From the NCBI RefSeq assembly GCF_009914755.1, contig NC_060931.1: a stretch of DNA of 64,000 bases; one strand, written 5' to 3'. The notes below the pieces were generated by a model. The model saw only the letters and a program-made list of their open reading frames with translations. It ran no database searches and was not told where the DNA came from. Of the stretch, positions 1 to 14,582 are shown in pieces. Origin of the DNA: the human T2T-CHM13v2.0 reference genome, Homo sapiens. The position numbers and the translations under genes are program-made. The first letter of the stretch is position 1. Each line of letters begins with the position of its first letter.

Positions 1-159
1 TATAGGTGGAAGGGACTTGCCTTGTCTCAGATGAGATGTTAGACTTGGACTTTTGGGTTAATGCTGGAATGAGTTAAGACTTTGGGAGACTGTTGGAAAT
101 GGATGATTGTGTTTCGAAATGTGAGGACTTGAGATTTTGGAGGGGTAAGGAGAGTGGAA
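1..159 (+). mobile_element. THE1-int (MaLR internal region) 3' end with polypurine tract
   Basis: Typical MaLR-int end GACTTTTGGGTTAATGCTGGAATGAGTTAAGACTTTGGG, then purine-rich GGAGGGGTAAGGAGAGTGGAA directly before the LTR TG. Confidence 0.85.
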
Positions 160-535
160 TGATATGGTTTGGCTCTGTCTCCACCCAAATGTCATCTTGA
201 ATTGTAATTCCCATAATCCCCATGTGTCATGGGAGAGACCCGGTGGGAAGTAATTGAATCATGGGGATGGTTACCTGCACACTGCTGTTCTTATGGTAGT
301 GAGTGAGTTCTCATGAGATCTGATGGTTTTATGAAGGGCATTTTCCCCTTTGCTTGGCACTTCTCTCTCCTTCCACCTTGTGAAGAAGGATGTGTTTACT
401 TCCCCTTCCATCATAATTGTAAGTTTCCTGGGTCCTCTCAGCCCTGCAGAACTGTGAGTCAATTAAACCTCTTTCTTTTATTAATTACCCAGTCTCAGGC
501 AGTTCTTTATAGCAGCATAAGAACTGACTAACACA
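160..535 (+). mobile_element. THE1 (C/D-like) 3' LTR
   Basis: Starts TGATATGGTTTGGCTCTGT, ends GACTAACACA, 376 bp; ATTAAA at 462-467. Confidence 0.9.
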
Positions 536-639
536 ACTTCTTCCCAGAATATACCCAGATATAAATGAAATAGATAATAAATCAAAGTCAGCTGTACTGA
601 GTTTGAATGAGACTGATGGTCTCTTGAGCCCAGAGTTTA

Positions 640-850
640 GTTTCTAACAGATCTGGAATTGAATCTAGGCTTCTTCCCTAGCCATTTCTTGGAGGTAGCC
701 CCTTTGGAAGTATGACTAGACCTTTCCAATCATTAATCTCTTTGTCTCTAAAGTAAGCATAATATCTACTTTTTTAGGGCTGTGTTTTAGTATTAAGGAA
801 ATAACCTGTTTAGCTCAATGCCAATCACACTGTAAATATTAAGTTAATGG
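640..850 (+). mobile_element. MIR, degenerate
   Basis: CAGATCTGGAATTGAATCTAGGCT and a later TCTGTAAAATG-like core. Confidence 0.5.
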
Positions 851-1910
851 AAAAAATGCTAAAAATAAAATTGATAACAATAATATAGAGAACCTTTTGG
901 CATGGTTGTCTAAATAAGAGAATAGATAAAAAAAGAAGTGCAAACTATAGACCAAATGTTTGGATCTCATATTAGTTTAGCATTTGGAAACTGGCTATAG
1001 AACTAGACAATTAATATTCTTTGCTAATAATCTATAACATTTGTTAAACAGTTCGAATTACAGTAGAACCACCAAGAATTCTGAAAACCCAGTAAGTTAA
1101 GTTGATGACATGACTGGCTGTCTGGATGCTACGGGGCATGAGCTTTAGCCATACTCATTAACTTTGATACCCCAAAGTCACCCCAAAGAAATACAAATAC
1201 AGTGTATTAGGTATGCAATATCCGCTTCAAGACAAAACTTACAGTCATTTCTGGTATGATCAAATTGATTCCCCTAAGTCCTTGTTATAGGAAAAATTAT
1301 GACACACCCACTTATCAGTAAGACACGAATGTAACATTTCCTGAGATTTATAATAGTTATTGAGAAAAGGAAAAGAAAATTTATGAATAATAGAAATAAT
1401 TTTCCTTTATGTTTTGAAAAATTAACTCTTATTTTTCAGTTATCGAACATGTACCTTCAATTCTTCAATTTAGAGTTTATTTATGATAACTAACTTTGAT
1501 ATCCTCTGAGAGCATGTCTAGAAGATGGCAAATGCTTTTCACCATGAATTAGTGCTGAATGCAGTTTTAAAAATCTTACCTTGTTAATCTGTTAGAAGAT
1601 AGTAGCAAATAACAATACCACATTGCTTATTTGTTGAATAGCAACAATTTCAATAATTCAGTAGAAGACATAAGTTATATGACAGATATATATAATCATA
1701 AATCTAATATATTTGTAATGAAGACAAATATTAGCTTATATGTATGATGTTTAATCTTACTTTAGACTCTAAATAACTGTGTGATATTGGAAATTTACTG
1801 AAATTCGTAATGATTATATTTTATTTCTTTGTAAAATATAGTAATTTGACTTAATGATCTCTATGATTACATTATTCTCTAAATCTGGTAAAGGTGAAAC
1901 TTTAGAAATT

Positions 1911-2010
1911 GTGTGTGTGTCTATATATATACATGAATACATGTGAATATATTCATAGACACATACACATATGTACACATACACAAACATATATTCACAT
2001 CCATATATAT
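1911..2010. repeat. TA/CA-rich low-complexity repeat
   Basis: Mixed TG, TA and CA dinucleotide runs. Confidence 0.75.
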
Positions 2011-2184
2011 TTTTTAATTGGGTAGAATATGGAGTGAGGAAACTTATTGTATTCACAAATTGAGTACTTAGTAAATATTTCATAGATTTATTAAATAATT
2101 TTACTTTATGATATATATTAGCAAGTTCCCTGTGCTTCCCTGTGCACGTTTTGAAGATTAAATGTAGTAAAGGATATAGAGCAC

Positions 2185-2609
2185 TTTTTTTTTATTATAC
2201 TTTAAGTTCTAGGGTAGATGTGCACAACGTGCAGGTTTGTTACATATGTATACATGTGCCATGTTGGTGTGCTGCACCCATCAACTCGTCATTTACATTA
2301 GGTATTTCTCTTAATGATATCCCTCTCTGCTCCCCCAACCCCACAACGGGCCCTGATGTGCATGATGATCCCCGCCCTGTGTCCAAGTGTTCTCATTGTT
2401 CAATTCCCACCTATGAGTGAGAACATGTGGTGTTTGGTTTTCTGTCCTTGTGATAGTTTGCTCAGAATGATAGTTGCCAGCTTCATCCATGTCTCTACAA
2501 AGGACTTTAACTCATCCTTTTTTATGGCTGCATAGTATTCCATGGTGTATATGTGCCACGTTTTCTTAATCCAGTCTATCATTGATAGACATTTGGGTTG
2601 GTTCCAAGT
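2185..2609 (-). mobile_element. L1PA 3' end, 5'-truncated (about 425 bp)
   Basis: Poly-T then ATTATACTTTAAGTTCTAGGG; ORF 2400..2633(-) encodes the ORF2 C-terminus WNQPKC...HMFSLIGGN; possible short TSD ACTTTTT. Confidence 0.93.
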
Positions 2610-3149
2610 ACTTTTTATATGTCTGGTACTCATGGTATGTGCTCAAAGATTCAGAGAAGTTATAGCACTTCAATGTGAGTCTGATAGTCACAGATGCATC
2701 ATTATGAGGATAGTGTGCCTGGGATGAAGGGAAAGGTAGAGAGGAGGCAGAGAAGAAATGCCCTGAGGGTCCAGATTGGAAGAGGATTCGGTGGAGAGAA
2801 CTTTTCATTTCAAGAACAAGAGAAAAAGAGTAGAAGGAACTCAGCCTGAAAGTATTCCCAATCGAGGACCTCACCAACTGACTGCCCATGCCGGGAACAG
2901 TTGGCCATCCCACAGTCTAAGAGAAACTAATGGGCACACACTGTAAAATGTAATAGGAGTTTAATGTAAATGGGTATCTAGACTTTGGAACTTGGGCGTA
3001 TACCACTAAAGATGTTAACCTAAGGAAAGTATAGAGTTATCAGTAATAACATGTCAGTTTGTTTCTTGTTTGGTTGGTTTGCTTTTAAACAGTAGGATAG
3101 ACTGCTTGCTATACACATGTTAGAAGCTTTGTAGTTGCTAACTGGCAGG

Positions 3150-3335
3150 CAGTAAAGCACGGTGGTTAAAAGTCATGCCCTGGGTCAACATACTAGCTGC
3201 TTTTCTTACTATCCATGTGATCTGTGGCAACTTACCCAACCTGTCTATGCTTAAGTTTCTTTAATTGTATAAAACATGTGCAATAGCACTTGTCTCCTAC
3301 AGCTGTTTCAAGGATTAGCTGAGTTTACCTGAGGA
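3150..3335 (+). mobile_element. MIR
   Basis: GCACGGTGGTTAA start and GGCAACTTACCCAACCTGTCTATGCTTAAGTTTCTT core. Confidence 0.65.
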
Positions 3336-3570
3336 AAATATCATAGATAATAAGTTCCCAATAAAAGCTGTTACTTTAAAATCATTTAATTCAGGTCTGG
3401 AGAAAAACAAACTTGGAAAATACCAAAATTGAGAGGGGAAAGGCAGGATGAAAATCTCACAGAAAATAAATGGTTAGAGTTGATGGACGACCAGGATAAC
3501 ACAGTGTCTCTGATCCCCAGATAGTATAGAATAGAAAGGAAAACCCTGTTACATAAACAGTGTCAAATAC

Positions 3571-4297
<727 letters not shown>

Positions 4298-4994
4298 AAT
4301 ACTAAAATTTAAAGATTAAAAACTGAAATCAGAAAAAATAAGCCAACTAGAAATTTGTTAAAAAAAGAATATAAGATATTGATTGAAAAGTAAGTTATTA
4401 TTCTGTGTCACTTCCATATAAAACATTTTTTAATTGGCATGAATATTTAGAGTTAAATAAATACTAGTAGTGTGGTTAAGGGTTTCTGTACTTTATATTT
4501 TTCCTCATTTGTTTATAGTGTTTTTTCTCAAATTTTCTTTCTTTTCTATTAACTTTAAAGATTCTATTGATTCTTGTACCAATAGAGAGTTTTAATAGGT
4601 TTATGAATTGGCAAGTTCTCTACTAATGGATGGTGAGAATGATTCATCTTTAACCCCAAATTCAAATAATATCAAGAGACTGTTAAAATGGTGCATGACG
4701 ATTTTAGCCTTTGTTTCAGTATTAAACTAGTGGCACTTCATTAATTTTTAACGGGATTCAATTTGCCTGTTAAGTAGTTTATAGAATCATCTTACTTTTG
4801 GTTTCCTAAGAAGGCCAAAGTATTTTGCATACTCCTTTCTGTTTAGCATATTTTTTCCATGTCTCTCCATGAAATAAAACCACATTTGACAATAACTTAA
4901 GATTGGTATTGTCAAGTGTTTGCAACCTTTAGGGGTCTTTTGTTTTAAATACCTCCATGGAAAAAGAAAGCACACGATGCGGAATCGGACTCAT

Positions 4995-5100
4995 CAGAAC
5001 TCAAACTGATTTCTGTTACTAGCTCTCTGTGGCCTGGGCAAGTCACCTAAACTCTGGAAGATTTTGTTTTTAGCATGTGTAAAATAGGAAATTTGATAAA
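4995..5100 (+). mobile_element. MIR fragment
   Basis: TACTAGCTCTCTGTGGCCTGGGCAAGTCACCTAAACTC core. Confidence 0.65.
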
Positions 5101-5809
5101 TGTAACATTTAAGTGTATTATGACATGTGACCACTAAATGAAAACTTTTGTTACAAGTATTTTATGGGAATAATGACTAAGGATTAGCATTCTTGATATT
5201 TAAAAAGCTCACAAATTGGATAAGAAAAACGATATCACAAAAGCTAAAAAGAGATTATTCAGTTAATAATTTTATTATTAGTGTATGTATGTAAAATATT
5301 TAACATCACTACTTAACATTTAAAAAGTAAAAACCACAGTGATATTCATTAAGGTAGGTAAATTTTTAAATAATGATAAATATAATACAAAAAATGTGGA
5401 GTTTTATTCTATACCAATCCTGAATCATATTATTTATAATTTTACCTACTTTTAATCAATGTATATTCAGATTCATATTCTGCTTTTTAAAAATAATTTG
5501 AAAATAATACATATTATTTATATCAGCTATAAAGTATTCTATATGATCATTCTATCTCAAGTTACCCAACTTTCCCTTACTGATGAAAATTTAAAAGTTT
5601 CCAGTTGTAGTTGATTATGAATAGTGGTAGATGGAAGCAATGAACATATTGGTGCACATTATTTCCTCATTTAAGGGAAGTGATGACAATGGTAGTTATT
5701 TCTATAGTAATGCAGATTCCATGACTGGGAAATTGGAGTTTGTGAATCAAAGACATTATTCTATTTTTACTTGAAAAGAGTGTGTTGCCACATTATCTCA
5801 CAAAATGAT

Positions 5810-6300
5810 ACAGTGACCACTTCCTCCATCTAGAAAACTTTTCTCCTTGGCTACCACAATGCCACACACTCTCACAGTTTTCTTTCTCTCTCACTTGGCA
5901 TTCCTTTTCTTTTTCCTCTAAATAGTTATTAGACATTGGCACGTCCCATCAAGTCTTGGACAGCACTTCTTTCACTAGATCATCCCATCTAATCTCATCT
6001 TTCAATACCATTCAGCTACTGATGACTCCTAAATTTATGTCTTAATTTCATCTTCCTGAGACCCAAACTCATCTTTAAAACCGATATGGGAACTTGACAC
6101 CTCAAGTTAAGACTAAAACACAGCTCCTAATTTTCATCCCCAAATCTCTTTCTCTAATCGTTTTTTTCCGTTTCAGGAATTGCTACTAACTCACTTCAAG
6201 TTTCTCAACTCAGAATGTCTAGAAGTCAGCCTTGATTCCTTCTTTTCACTTGCCATAGTCGCCAGGAGCTCTCACCCTGAAATACAGGCTGTCAGGATGT
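5810..6300 (+). mobile_element. L2 fragment
   Basis: Pyrimidine-rich L2 motifs CTGATGACTCCTAAATTTAT and GTCAGCCTTGATTCCTTCTTTTC. Confidence 0.6.
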
Positions 6301-6873
6301 TCTGAGAATACTCTCATATATCCACTTCTTGATACATCCACCTCAGGCCAACTCACTCACTATTTTTACTTTTCCCTGTTATTGTTGGAATATCCATACA
6401 ACTTATTCTTGATGTAGCAGTTATAGTGGTATTTTCTTCACCAAATAAAACAATGTTTACATTGTAATTTGATCAGAAGATGCTAAATAGATATTTCGAG
6501 CAGTGCTCATTGAGGTATGTAGAGCATCTCATGCTTTCTGAATTAAAAGAACATGTACAGTGTACATAATATTTGGTCAGGGACCCTAAGACTGGTGAGT
6601 TTTATGTTTTTTCAGAGTGGTAAATTAGTTAATGCAAAGCAGGTGTTCATTTATAGCTTCAAGTAGGAAAATTCACTGTCCTATAAAAATAAATTTTATA
6701 AGCACTGTAGCTATCACAAAGTTAATATTATGTTTTGAGGAATTAATAAAAAAATTATATAGTTAGCAATTGAATATTTAATCTCTTGTTCCTGTAGTAT
6801 ATATAAGTAAATATAAAGGAAAATGGAAAAAATAGACAAAACATACAGACTTTTAAAACCTCAGACATTTGTC

Positions 6874-8920
<2,047 letters not shown>

Positions 8921-9112
8921 CTCAGACATTTGTCCCACCTTCCCCTGTTTTTAATAATGCTCGTTGTTTTGTTCCTACAGTGTCTGAGTATTAAGTATTT
9001 TCTAATGAGACCTTTTGTGAATTAGATGGTTAACGAAAGAGTGAAAACATTACTTATCAAAATACTAATAAATATTTAAATATAAATATACTTATTCTTA
9101 AGCATATTTATA

Positions 9113-9190
9113 TATAAATATTCTTAAGTATACACTTAAATATATATACTTAAGTATATATATTTAAGTGTATACTTAAGAATATTTATA
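9113..9190. repeat. Perfect 78-bp AT-rich palindrome, no spacer
   Basis: 39-bp arms checked base by base; centre between 9151 and 9152 (ACTT|AAGT). Confidence 0.95.
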
Positions 9191-10147
9191 AATATACTCA
9201 TTCTTCAGCATATTTAAATATAAATATACTCATTCTTCAGCATATTTAAATATAAATATACTCGTTCTTCAGCATATTTAAATGTAAATATACTCATTCT
9301 TCAGCATATTTAAATGTAAATATACTCATTCTTCAGCATATTTACATGGAAATATACTCATTCTTCAGCATATTTACATGGAAATATACTCATTCTTCAG
9401 CATATTTACATGGAAATATACTCATTCTTCAGCATATTTACATGGAAATATACTCATTCTTCAGCATATTTACATGGAAATATACTCATTCTTCAGCATA
9501 TTTACATGGAAATATACTCATTCTTCAGCATATTTACATGGAAATATACTCATTCTTCAGCATATTTACATGGAAATATACTCATTCTTCAGCATATTTA
9601 CATGGAAATATACTCATTCTTCAGTATATTTAAATATGAGTATACTCATTCTTCAGTATATTTAAATGTAAATATACTCATTCTTCAGTATAATTACATG
9701 TAAATATACTCATTCTTCAGTATAATTACATGTAAATATACTCATTCTTCAGTATATTTCCATGTAAATATACTCATTCTTCAGTATATTTCCATGTAAA
9801 TATACTCATTCTTCAGTATATTTCCATGTAAATATACTCATTCTTCAGTATATTTCCATGGAAATATACTCATTCTTCAGTATATTTACATGGAAATATA
9901 CTCATTCTTCAGTATATTTACATGGAAATATACTCATTCTTCAGTATATTTACATGGAAATATACTCATTCTTCAGTATATTTACATGGAAATATACCAT
10001 TCTTCAGTATATTTACATGGAAATATACTCATTCTTCAGTATATTTACATGGAAATATACTCATTCTTCAGTATATTTAAATATGAGTATACTCATTCTT
10101 CAGTATATTTAAATATGAGTATACTCATTCTTCAGTATATTTAAATA
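9190..10147. repeat. 32-bp minisatellite (VNTR), 30 copies
   Basis: Consensus AAATATACTCATTCTTCAG(C/T)ATATTTACATGG; unit starts every 32 bp from 9190; one 31-bp unit at 9990. Confidence 0.97.
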
Positions 10148-10295
10148 GTTGAGTCAGTATTATATCTTCTAATTAGGTTTCTAATAATAATTTCAAAAAC
10201 TATGACATGTTTTCTTCCCATTTTTTTATGGCTGAATCAAAATGTTGAGATTTATAACTTGGACCCCGTATTCTATAATGTCACACAGACATATA

Positions 10296-11082
10296 TTTTT
10301 TTAAATTTTACCTTAAGTTCTGGGATACATGTGCAGAACATGCAGGTTTATTACATAGGTACATGTGCCATGGTGGTTTGCTGCACCAATTAATATGTCA
10401 TCTGGGTTTTAAGCCCCACATGCATTAGGTATTTCTCCTAATGCTCTCCCTCCCCCAGCCCTCCAACCCCTGACAGGCCCTGGTGTGTGATGTTCCCCTT
10501 CCTGTGTCCATCTGTTCTCATTTTTCAGCTCCCACTTATGAGTGAGAACATGTGGTGTTTGGTTTTCTGTTCCTGTGTTAGTTTGCTGAGAGTGATGGTT
10601 TCTGGCTTTATCCATGTCCCTGCAAAGGACATGAACTCATTCTTTTTTATGGCTGCATAGTATTCCAAAAATGTATATGTGACACATTTTCTTTATTCAG
10701 TCTATCATTGATGGGCATTTGGGTTGGATCCAAGTCTTTGCTATCATAAATAGTGTTGTAACAAACATATGTGTGCATGTGTCTTTACAGTAGAATGATT
10801 TATAATCCTTTGGGTTTATACCTAGTAATGGGATTGTTGGGTCAAATGGTATTTCTGGTTCTGCATCCTTGAGGAATCGCCACACTGTGTTCCACAATGG
10901 TTGAACTAATTTTCACTCCTACCAACAGTGTGAAAACATTCCTATTTCTCCACATCCCCTTCAGTATCTGTTGTTTCCTGACTTTTTAATGATTGCCATT
11001 CTAACTGGTGTGAGATGAGATCTCACTGTGGTTTTGATTTTCATTTCTCTAATGACCAGCGATCATGAGCTTTTTTTCATAT
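10296..11082 (-). mobile_element. L1PA (7/8-like) 3' end, 5'-truncated
   Basis: TAAGTTCTGGGATACATGTGCAGAACATGCAGG; ORF 10697..10897(-) VWRFLKDAEPEIPFDP. Confidence 0.93.
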
Positions 11083-13258
11083 GACAAAAATATCTTATAA
11101 CTAGGTTTGATTCTAGTCCAGTATGCTTTTTGTTATAATATGTTACTTAAAGCTCAGACAGGAAATGCAATTCTATTTTGGGGAATTAAAATTAGTGATG
11201 TGGTGGTCATAAAGATGTGGGAAAACTTTTAGGATAGTAGAAGCTATTGTCCTTATTAAGGTGTACAAAGAATTTTGGACCTGTTTTTTTTTTTTTTTAT
11301 TTGATTTTCAATTATTTTCTCTACATTGTCATTTTAGCCCATTGCTATGTCAACCAGTTTCAGCTTGCCCTATGGGGGAAAAAAGCCTATTAAAGAAATT
11401 CTTTACATGAAGAATTGATATCTCTGTGTTTATGAATGTAACACTTTCAGAAGATTGCACTGAAAGCAACTATATTTACAAGGCTTATCTGTCCTGTGTG
11501 TGTGTGTGTACTTATCCTAATGTTGTTAATGTTGTTTCTCATTCAGAGCCTTGTGAAGTGGGACTGCTACACACATTTTAAGTTAATATCAAAACACACC
11601 CACAATGCTTTTGGTGAAATTGTTTCATGTTGCCAAGTATACATATGCCAAAAATCTCCCCTCTTTATCAAAACAGATACGATAGTTACAGTAGTTAGTC
11701 ATTGAAGTAGCTGGATATGTGTGCCATTCACCTTCATAGGAATCAGAGGGATTGTAAGAATGAACTTGAGAACTGCATTCTTGCCATCCAGGAACTAGGG
11801 TTAGGATTGGAATAAGTAATGTGTGTAGCAAGTGCCAGCCAAAGAGAAGGGAATCACTCACTATGCATGAGTCCTGGGGAAGATCAGAGCACTCATAAAA
11901 GGCATTTGAGTTAGATCTTAAAGAATTTGTTTACTATATTTAACCATATTGATCTTGAGAACAATTCCTTTGTATTTCTTCCTCAAAAATGAACTAAAGC
12001 AGATAAAGTCTTTATAACCTATGTTTTCAAGTATATGAAATTACTATATCATAGTCTGAGACCAAGTGTACAAATATGAAAAGTGGAGATACAAAGCAAT
12101 TTTCCACTTACTGCAAGTCAGAGCAATATCTGTCTCAATTGTCATGAGATTTTACTTGAACATGACCTCATCTTTTTGTCCTTTCATGTGTGGTCGACCT
12201 AGCTTCAAAATCATTGTATAGACAGTACATTTTCCTTATATTGTTGCACAGATCACTGGCAATTTTGCATCATTGAATGCAACATTGTATATCAAAAATT
12301 GGCATATATAAATTATATCACTGCACACAGGGCAGACAAATTTGTACACATTGTTTTGCATCTATTTGTATATACCATTGACATTATTGCCTGTTTAATA
12401 ATAGATTTTGTTAATGCACAGATAATAAGTACATTTCTTTTTTGCTATTCTGCATTTTTTTCCAGTGATGTCTTTTAGAGCTGAGCCTCTGCCCCAGAAA
12501 ATAATGAAGCTTCAGTAAGAGTCCCTGAGGCAGATGGCATGGAGATGTTATTTGCATCCCTAATTATTTGGTTAATAAACAATAAACTATATTTAGTTAC
12601 TAGTTAGAAGATTTTCATTTTGTAAATGTACCTCTGACCCTTTTCTTTCTTAAGTGAATGAAACAGTAATAAATAACTAAAGCTGTTTTTTGCACAAAAT
12701 GCTAGATAGAGACTAGGATTTGAGAATCTATTTTTAAATTCACTTATTGTTACCCACTTAGCTAAAAGCCACTATGTGAGTTAAAGGAATATCCTGCTGT
12801 AAACAGTTCCATTTAAATTCTTAACATTTCTACTTTGAATTGTGGATCCTCTCAGCCAGCTTCCCGGGTCCCTTTGAAGCAGGCCTGTGCCAAGATTCCC
12901 CACCTCTCATGGGGAACTAAGCAAGTCCATTCTTATTCCCAGCTCATCAGAATACCCTGTCCACTCACTCTGCTGACCCACATAAGCTGATTGCTCCCTG
13001 ATGTGTGGAGAAGTGATTGTGATAATGTTCACAGGAGGGGATGTGCTAATGCATGAGTGATAACTGGAGCCCGGTAAAACTTACTGAGACAGAATTCTAA
13101 GCAGAATTCCACACTCCTTTCCTAGTGTGGTCCACTCTGAGTGCTAGAGTTTTAATACAATCCAAGGATTTCTCCAAGATAATTGTTAATGACTTAATTT
13201 TATGAGGATTTTATTTATGTAAACAATCAAATAATTTTTAAGAATGAATGAATATATG

Positions 13259-13302
<44 letters not shown>
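13259..13302. repeat. (TA)11(GA)11 compound microsatellite
   Basis: Direct read. Confidence 0.95.
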
Positions 13303-13579
13303 CTTGAGTAAGAATATCTGCATAAAATAAATTAAGCCAAGAATAAAATCTAGAATAAATACAGTAACTGCTCTGGAGAAGTCTAATTCTGCTCTACTGG
13401 AGATACAATGAGAACCACTAACATGATTAAGGAGATTTTTTTCAATTACAATTCAATTTGCCTTACATAATCTCTGTCGTTCTTATATGTATGCAGCTGG
13501 ACCCAAGAATTTTCCCTCCTGTTTCAGGGATGTTATTTCCAGGATATAATTAATTAATATATTCATTTTTTACTTTATT

Positions 13580-13665
13580 CTTATATTCATTTTGTAGATA
13601 TTGAGTGCCTATTATGTCCAGAGAACCATGCTAGGCAGTGGTTATTAAATAATGAATACAAATAA
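13580..13665 (-). mobile_element. L2 3' end fragment
   Basis: ATTGAGTGCCTATTATGTCCAGAGAACCATGCTAGGC. Confidence 0.55.
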
Positions 13666-14524
13666 TTTCTTGACTTAAAAACAATGGGCAATCCTAAGAG
13701 TTTACTTAGTACTTGTTCAGGGTTTGCTACAAATTCCATGATTTAACTGATTTTCTTATTGATATCCATTCTTTGATCTTCCCTCTAATAGAGGGGCAAT
13801 TTGGTAACCTATATCACTATTGTATGTTTGAGCTTTGAAGCATTTTGTAGTCTATATACTTACTTTCTGCATCTTCACCGAGTAATATTCCTTGTGATCT
13901 GCGTGGACAAGAATGTTTTTACTTTTTTTTTTTTTTATATCAGAGAGAATAACATCTTGAGAATGATGACATTTTCTGGACAATTCCAGTGAATGGGCAC
14001 TTAGCTAGGGAAGCCAAGAAATTATGCCTAATTAACTATGCTATTTCCAAAATTCTGCAGACTTTTACTAAGAATGCATGCCAGGGATGAAAAAATACAA
14101 AGTAAAGCAGTAGATTTGCACCCAGAAAACTGACATAACTTTTCCTTTCTTTGCAACATTGATATTTGCCTTCAACTGATGAAGGCTTCGATCTTGATTT
14201 CAATTAGAAATGCAGTGAACAAAGAGATTCTAGGGAATACATACAACATGAAGCTCCTCAGTCTTCCTTACAGGGGAGAACTACACAGCAGCTTCCAAAT
14301 AGTTGCAAAGACGAACATGACTTCAGTGACTTTGACTAGATTATATTATTTTTATTGCCTTTATTTTTCACACATAAGACTTCATTTCTGTGAATAAAAT
14401 ATATGACATATCTGGTTTTCCATATGGTAAAATCTTTAAAGATTTTTTGTACATTCTCTAAATGAATAAATTGGATTCTCAAGTATAAAAACATCATAAA
14501 AATTGCTTATAAAATATTCTAAAA

Positions 14525-14582
14525 GAAACCCTGAGTAGCTGGCATATAGACGTGCTCTACAAATATTTGCTGAATGAATGAA
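14525..14582 (+). mobile_element. L2 3' terminus
   Basis: GGCATATAGACGTGCTCTACAAATATTTGCTGAATGAATGAA. Confidence 0.65.

Noticed and set aside
9346-10144. Repetitive ORFs MEIYSFFSIFTWKYTHSS...
   Set aside because: A stop-free 32-bp unit cycles through all three frames; no promoter or splice support
9190-10147. CRISPR-like array of palindromic repeats
   Set aside because: The linkers are constant 8-mers, not unique spacers; no cas genes; human intron
12841-13112. Possible old ERVL-type LTR (TGTGG...CCACA)
   Set aside because: No TSD and no family I could assign
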